Program-made: the position numbers and the translations under genes
Shown here: in pieces, positions 59,165 through 64,000 of the stretch
How positions within the stretch are numbered: the first letter of the stretch is position 1
Layout of the letters: each line of letters begins with the position of its first letter
NCBI GenBank assembly: GCA_019058315.1
Contig: JAHPZH010000004.1
Coordinates: forward strand, 192,001-256,000
Length of the DNA stretch: 64,000 bases
From: Candidatus Helarchaeota archaeon
Lineage (GTDB): Archaea > Asgardarchaeota > Lokiarchaeia > Helarchaeales > RDOG01
Direction of reading: 5' to 3'
Notes under the pieces: model-generated
Databases searched by the model: none
Seen by the model: the letters and a program-made list of their open reading frames with translations, nothing else
Told to the model about the DNA's origin: nothing

Positions 59165-59857
59165 TTGAATAACAATATTAGAAATTTTTTATTATATCTA
59201 CAAAAATTTGGTAGTAATGAGCAAAAACTCAGAGAAATTCAAATTATAGATGCCAAAAAGATAGTTTTAGAAGATGGTTTTTCTTATCCACCTTCGACAA
59301 TTGCTGGAATTGACGCTGCTTATATTAATAATACTGCTTATACTGCTTGTGTCACTCTTAATTTTAAAAATTTGAAAATTTTAGAGGAAAAAGTCATAAA
59401 AACCGAATTACAATTCCCTTATAAATCTGGTTTTTTTATTTTTAGAGAAGGTCCCCCAATATTAGATGTTCTTTCTAAATTAAGAATTATTCCAGATGTC
59501 ATTTTAATCAATTCACATGGGATTAGCCACCCTCTAGGAATTGGTGCTGCATCTCATATTGGGATTTTAATTGAAAAATCGACAATAGGGGTTGCACAGA
59601 ATCTATTATGTGGGAATGTTGAAACTCCTAAGATAAAAGGTAATTATAATCCTATTAATTTTAAAAATAAAATTGTTGGGTTTGCATATTTGTCTCAAAT
59701 AAATACAAAACCAATTTATATCTCTCCAGGACATCTAATTACCCTAGAAACTTCAATAAAAATCATTAAAAATACAATACAAACTCATAAATTACCAGAA
59801 CCATTAAGATTGGCTCACGAATTAGCAAATTTAGCTAAATCCCAACAATTAATTTAA
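59165..59857 (+). CDS. nfi: Endonuclease V family protein
   Basis: AGIDAAY, FPY..GF..FRE, HGISHP..GAASHIG, PIYISPGH, KLPEPLRLAH. Confidence 0.9.
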   Translation: MNNNIRNFLLYLQKFGSNEQKLREIQIIDAKKIVLEDGFSYPPSTIAGIDAAYINNTAYTACVTLNFKNLKILEEKVIKTELQFPYKSGFFIFREGPPILDVLSKLRIIPDVILINSHGISHPLGIGAASHIGILIEKSTIGVAQNLLCGNVETPKIKGNYNPINFKNKIVGFAYLSQINTKPIYISPGHLITLETSIKIIKNTIQTHKLPEPLRLAHELANLAKSQQLI

Positions 59858-59913
59858 TAAATCAATTTTTAATGTTATTATAAAAAGAAAAAATAGTTTG
59901 AAGATGGGCTATT

Positions 59914-60600
59914 TTGAGTAGTGAGCTTTGGTTTTCTCTTTTTATTTTAGCGAAATTAGGTGCAATAAATAAAAAAATCGAGATCTCTTCAACAAAATTT
60001 TCTAAAGAAATATCCGCTAGTCAACAAACTGCTTCAAGGCGGATAATTGAACTTGAAAAACTCGGTTGGATCTCTCGTGAACCTCATGGTACTGGACATT
60101 ACCTTCAAATTACAAAATCAGGGAATAATCAGCTTAAGGATGTTTATAATATTCTAGGAAGTATTTTTGAACCAAAACAAAAATCCATAGAAATTGAAGG
60201 AGAATTATTTACAGGAATGGAAGAGGGAGGATATTATGTTAGCCGTGAAGGCTATAAAAAACAATTCATAAAAAAATTGGGTTTTAAAGATATTTATCCA
60301 GGAACTTTAAACTTAGAATTGACAACAGAAGAAGATATAAAAAATCGGAAAATTCTTCTAGATAGAAAAGATTTAGGGATTGTCATTGAGGGATTTAAAA
60401 ACAAAGATCGGACGTATGGCAATGTGATTTGTTTTAAATGTAAAGTTAATGAAAAAATTGATGGAGCACTATTGGAAATTGAAAGAACTCATCATAAAGA
60501 AACCGTAATCGAAATAATTGCGCCGTTCCATATCAGAACTGCTCTAAATATTAAGGATGGGGATAAAGTCAAAATTAGAGTATTTTTAAATAACTTTTAA
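59914..60600 (+). CDS. ribK: CTP-dependent riboflavin kinase with N-terminal HTH (RbkR type)
   Basis: SQQTASR HTH; GMEEGGYYVS, YPGTLNL, RTHH, EIIAP. Confidence 0.93.
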   Translation: MSSELWFSLFILAKLGAINKKIEISSTKFSKEISASQQTASRRIIELEKLGWISREPHGTGHYLQITKSGNNQLKDVYNILGSIFEPKQKSIEIEGELFTGMEEGGYYVSREGYKKQFIKKLGFKDIYPGTLNLELTTEEDIKNRKILLDRKDLGIVIEGFKNKDRTYGNVICFKCKVNEKIDGALLEIERTHHKETVIEIIAPFHIRTALNIKDGDKVKIRVFLNNF

Positions 60601-61070
60601 GAATAAAATCTTAATAATCTTTGTATTCTATCTTCTAATTTATCTAAAATTTTAGAAGAACTGTTTAATCCTGGTGTTCCGTATTTTTTCAATCTATAAA
60701 TTTTAATATTTGTTAGACCTCGTTTTTCTAATTCTCTCCTTAAGTGGTCACTATCAATTTTCTGATCATATCCCAGAGCAATAATATCAGGTTTGCATTT
60801 TTCCACTATCTTTAAATGATCCGGACCTTCTGAACCAAGGTATACAGCATCGACAACTTTTAACGACTGTATTAAAGCTAATCTCTCTTCTTCTGGAAAA
60901 ATTGGATCATGTCCCTTCTCCTTTATAACTGTAGAATCTCTTGCAATTACAACAATTAATTCTACATTATCGCCTCCTAATGCCCTTGCTTGTTCTAATA
61001 ATCTAACATGCCCAAAATGAAGAATATCAAAAGTACCAAATGCCATTACTTTGATTTTTTTTGAGGGCAT
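60597..61070 (-). CDS. ribL: FAD synthase (cytidylyltransferase family)
   Basis: GTFDILHFGH, VVIARD, PDIIALGYDQ, SSSKI. Convergent with ribK, 4-nt overlap. Confidence 0.9.
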   Translation of the reverse strand: MPSKKIKVMAFGTFDILHFGHVRLLEQARALGGDNVELIVVIARDSTVIKEKGHDPIFPEEERLALIQSLKVVDAVYLGSEGPDHLKIVEKCKPDIIALGYDQKIDSDHLRRELEKRGLTNIKIYRLKKYGTPGLNSSSKILDKLEDRIQRLLRFYS

Positions 61071-61282
61071 TGTTTTTCGGTCTCAAAAAGTATTTTTTCT
61101 CAAATTTAATGTTGAGGAATCTAATTTATCTGCTATTTTTAATTTTCAAAATTGAATTAAAAAGATTATTTCTTAAGGCTCAATCAATTAGAGCAATTTC
61201 GTAAATCTTTTTAAATATAGATTAATTTATTTTTCTTAAGCAAATTTATTGCTTATTAATTAAAAATTAACTAGGATAAGTT

Positions 61283-61388
61283 GGGCTCGTAGCTCAGTTT
61301 GGTAGAGCACCGGGCTCTTAACCCGATGGTCGCGGGTTCAAAAAACTCTCATAAATTGAGGTTTGAACTAACCCCGTCGAGCCCGCCA
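61283..61388 (+). tRNA. tRNA-Lys(CUU) with a 29-nt T-loop intron (about 61342-61370, position 58/59); CCA encoded
   Basis: Acceptor GGGCTCG/CGAGCCC, D-arm GCTC/GAGC, anticodon loop CT-CTT-AA. BHB central helix GTTC/GAAC with AAA and TAA bulges. Confidence 0.92.
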
Positions 61389-61399
61389 TTTTCCTTTTT

Positions 61400-61530
61400 G
61401 CCCTAGTGGCTTAGTGGTATAGCAACATAGTATCTAAAGTACTAGATTCTATGTAAAAGCCTCGTAAGCTGTAGGTCGAGGGTTCAAAATCAAAGGAAAA
61501 ATTCATTTGATGAAAATCCCTCCTAGGGCT
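61400..61530 (+). tRNA. tRNA-Thr(CGU) with two introns: anticodon stem (about 61427-61457, 28/29) and T-loop (61489-61516, 59/60)
   Basis: Acceptor GCCCTAG/CTAGGGC, spliced stem ACAGC/GCTGT, loop CT-CGT-AA. The T-loop intron has a perfect BHB (TTCA/TGAA, bulges AAA and AAT). Confidence 0.9.
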
Positions 61531-61684
61531 CCTTTCATAAGGAAGCAAAGATAAGCCAAATAACCTTTGAAAAAATAATAAAATAGAAAATTAGTTAGGA
61601 AAATATATTAAAAATTTAACTTCAAAATAAATAAAAAGAATAAAATAATCGAATATTAATTAATTAAGAAAGTATAAAATTACC

Positions 61685-61808
61685 GCAGAGGTGTCCGAGT
61701 CTGGTCAAAGAAACAGCTTTCAGTATGCTGATTAATTTAACTAAAGGAGCAGGACTGAGGCTCCTGTGGCGAAGGCCTGCGTGGGTTCGAAGCCCATCCT
61801 CTGCACCA
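61685..61808 (+). tRNA. tRNA-Leu(GAG) with a 36-nt D-loop intron (about 61709-61744); long variable arm; CCA encoded
   Basis: Acceptor GCAGAGG/CCTCTGC, stem CAGGA/TCCTG, loop CT-GAG-GC. Splicing restores TCCGAGTCTGGTCAAAGGA. Confidence 0.92.
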
Positions 61809-61841
61809 TCTAAAAAAACTAATTAATTTATAATGATTTAA

Positions 61842-62396
61842 ATGCAAGATATTATTAAAAACACTAAAAATATAATGAAACAGCGAGGCTACAAGATAAA
61901 AGAGCAGGAAAAAGTAGATAAGAACAAAGTTTTTTTAATATGTGAAAAGGCGACAGGAAAGACCACAGAATCTGCTCAAGTACTGATCTTAGGAGAGGTT
62001 GAAACACTCGGAGTAGCGATGGTAAGAGATATCGTAAAAGAAATGAATAAGAAAAAAATTAAAAATAAATTGATAATAGGTTCTGGCAAAGTCACAAGAA
62101 GTGCAAAAAATGAAATGATTGCAAATAAAATTGATTTTATTCCAACACAATTAGTCTTAATGAATATCCTAGAACATGAATTTGTTCCAAAACATGAAAT
62201 AATTCCACATGAAGAGATACAAACAATATTGGAAAAATATAGAATTACTGAAGATTTGCTTCCACAAATCTTAGATACAGATCCCGTCTCTAAAATTATA
62301 GGCGCTAAGCCCGGCGACGTTGTTAAAATAACTCGTAAAAGTCTTACAGCTGGTGAAAGCATAATCTACCGTCTATGTGTAAAAGGTGAAGAATGA
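61842..62396 (+). CDS. rpo5: RNA polymerase subunit Rpo5/H with a eukaryote-like Rpb5 N-terminal domain
   Basis: C-terminal HEFVPKHEI...LPQILDTDPV...GAKPGDVVKITRKSLTAG...YR, plus about 105 extra N-terminal residues. Confidence 0.95.
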   Translation: MQDIIKNTKNIMKQRGYKIKEQEKVDKNKVFLICEKATGKTTESAQVLILGEVETLGVAMVRDIVKEMNKKKIKNKLIIGSGKVTRSAKNEMIANKIDFIPTQLVLMNILEHEFVPKHEIIPHEEIQTILEKYRITEDLLPQILDTDPVSKIIGAKPGDVVKITRKSLTAGESIIYRLCVKGEE

Positions 62397-62440
62397 AATT
62401 TTTTAATTAATTACTTTCTAATCTTCTCTTCTTATCTATT

Positions 62441-62677
62441 CTATAATTCTTTTGCATATCTATTTGCAAGATAACAAGTTTTTATTATTATATCCACTAA
62501 TTCCTTACTGGTAAATATTATTATTTCTTCATTTGTATCAAAGTATAATTTGAAACATTCATAAACTTTCTTACTTTCATTCCATCTAATGCTCAATTTG
62601 AATTCCCGCTTTTTGTCCTCCCAAATTCCAAAATTTTTTACATTTCCGTGTTGAAAATCTAAAATATCTATCTTCAT
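62441..62677 (-). CDS. Small hypothetical protein
   Basis: 78-aa ATG ORF filling the gap between rpo5 and the radical SAM gene. Confidence 0.45.
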   Translation of the reverse strand: MKIDILDFQHGNVKNFGIWEDKKREFKLSIRWNESKKVYECFKLYFDTNEEIIIFTSKELVDIIIKTCYLANRYAKEL

Positions 62678-62754
62678 TTTTCTATATTATTTAATTTTAA
62701 TCCTTAGTATATTATTGATATGGGATGAATGATTGTAAACCTGGATGTGTAAAA

Positions 62755-64000
62755 ATGAAGGTTTTATTAATATATCCACCATATTTTTTAAATACGGGTT
62801 TGGGAGCTATGATGAAATCTCCACCTCTTCCTTTATTACAGTTAGCAGCAATGATTCCAAACCATGAAGTTGAAATTATTGATTTAAATGTTATACCTGA
62901 ATTAGATTACGATATTATTGAGGAGAAAATTTCTAAATTTGATATGGTAGGTATAACTTGCATGTCAAATATGCTTAATAATGCACTAAAACTCTGTGAA
63001 TTAGCCAAACAGCATGATGTTACTACAGTTCTTGGTGGATTCCACCCTACACTAAAGCCAGACGTAATTAAATACCCAAATATTGATTATATTGTTAGAG
63101 GAGAAGGTGAGTACACATTTAAAGAATTAGTAGATGGTCTAAATCCAGTAAAGATTCTAGGACTAAGTTACAAAAAAAATGGAGAATGTCATCATAATAA
63201 ACCAAGACCATTTATTCCAGATTTGGATATATTGCCTTACCCAAGAAAAGATTTGGTGGATTATAAGCCATATATTACTTTTGGGATGCCTGGTGACGTG
63301 GTTGAAACTTCTCGAGGATGTCCATTCGATTGTCATTTTTGTTGTGTTTCAAAATTTTATGGTCGAACTTATCGAAAAAAATCCCCTCTTCGAGTTATTA
63401 AGGAATTAGAATTAGTGCCCAAAACACAAATAAGTGTATTTTTCACAGATGATAACTTTACACTAGATCATAAACGAGTAGAGGAAATTTGCAATTTAAT
63501 TCACGAACGTAAACTTCATAGGAAATTAATGTTTTCTTGCCAAGCGCGAGTAGATGATATTGCACAGAATCTTGGATTAGTTAAAAAGATGGCTGAAAGT
63601 AAATTCTTTGTTTTTTTTATGGGATTTGAAAGTCTTAAGCAAGAGAGTCTCGATATAATAAAAAAGCAAGTGAAATTACCATTATTCAAAAAAGCAATAA
63701 AAAATTGTCATGATAATAAGATTCTAGTGTTTGGATCTTTTATTATTGGAAATATCGATGAAACAAGAGAAGATATGCTGCAATTACCCAAATTAGTAAA
63801 AGAGTTAAAAATTGATTTAGCATATGCAACTTCTCTCATTCCATTCCCTGGAACAAGATTATGGGATCAAGCCGTTGCTAATGGATGGATTGATAAAGAT
63901 TTTGACTGGACTAAATTTGATCTTAGTGAACCTATAATGAGAACACCTGATCTATCAAAAAAAGAAATACATGAATTACTTGAGAATTTCTATAAATCAT
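62755..64000 (+). CDS. Cobalamin-binding radical SAM protein (runs off the window; absent from the ORF track)
   Basis: Own translation: MKVLLIYPP...PLPLLQLAA...VLGGFHPT...DYIVRGEGE...ETSRGCPFDCHFC (CxxxCxxC)...FTDDNF...GFES...PFPGT. Confidence 0.93.
   Translation, partial: MKVLLIYPPYFLNTGLGAMMKSPPLPLLQLAAMIPNHEVEIIDLNVIPELDYDIIEEKISKFDMVGITCMSNMLNNALKLCELAKQHDVTTVLGGFHPTLKPDVIKYPNIDYIVRGEGEYTFKELVDGLNPVKILGLSYKKNGECHHNKPRPFIPDLDILPYPRKDLVDYKPYITFGMPGDVVETSRGCPFDCHFCCVSKFYGRTYRKKSPLRVIKELELVPKTQISVFFTDDNFTLDHKRVEEICNLIHERKLHRKLMFSCQARVDDIAQNLGLVKKMAESKFFVFFMGFESLKQESLDIIKKQVKLPLFKKAIKNCHDNKILVFGSFIIGNIDETREDMLQLPKLVKELKIDLAYATSLIPFPGTRLWDQAVANGWIDKDFDWTKFDLSEPIMRTPDLSKKEIHELLENFYKS

Noticed and set aside
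63179-63409. 76-aa ORF in the track
   Set aside because: Out-of-frame overlap within the radical SAM gene starting at 62755.

Overview
AT-rich archaeal DNA, almost certainly from an Asgard archaeon (Lokiarchaeia/Helarchaeales-like; inferred from gene content). Housekeeping genes: csl4 (partial), METTL5-like methyltransferase, fwdB/fwdD, dcd, eno, pan, PUA protein, nac, alba, nop10, porCDAB, sepS, nfi, ribK, ribL, rpo5 and a partial B12-binding radical SAM gene. Eukaryotic-signature genes: a Rag-like GTPase, a Rab-like pseudo-GTPase, a RING-like protein, roadblock and longin-like proteins, a ubiquitin-like precursor ending GG-L, and a full-length Rpb5-type Rpo5. Three tRNA genes carry four BHB introns, all at non-canonical positions. 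The centre (20.9-49.0 kb, minus strand) is a five-gene cassette. It has two paralogous single-pass surface proteins (1564 aa and 6781 aa, with about 6 and about 59 copies of a 96-aa Ig-like repeat), an MraZ/AbrB-like regulator, and two cytoplasmic proteins sharing a 22-aa R/P-rich leader. The best candidate for a new system is this cassette. The short surface protein ends in what looks like the N-half of a longin domain, and the missing C-half appears in a separate gene about 27 kb away. That same gene shares a helical motif with the giant protein's tail and a winged helix with the second cytoplasmic protein, suggesting a split receptor/adaptor module. Three genes (pan, an LRR gene, a KaiC-V4R gene) also appear to lack a canonical start codon. 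All domain calls are by eye; no searches were run.
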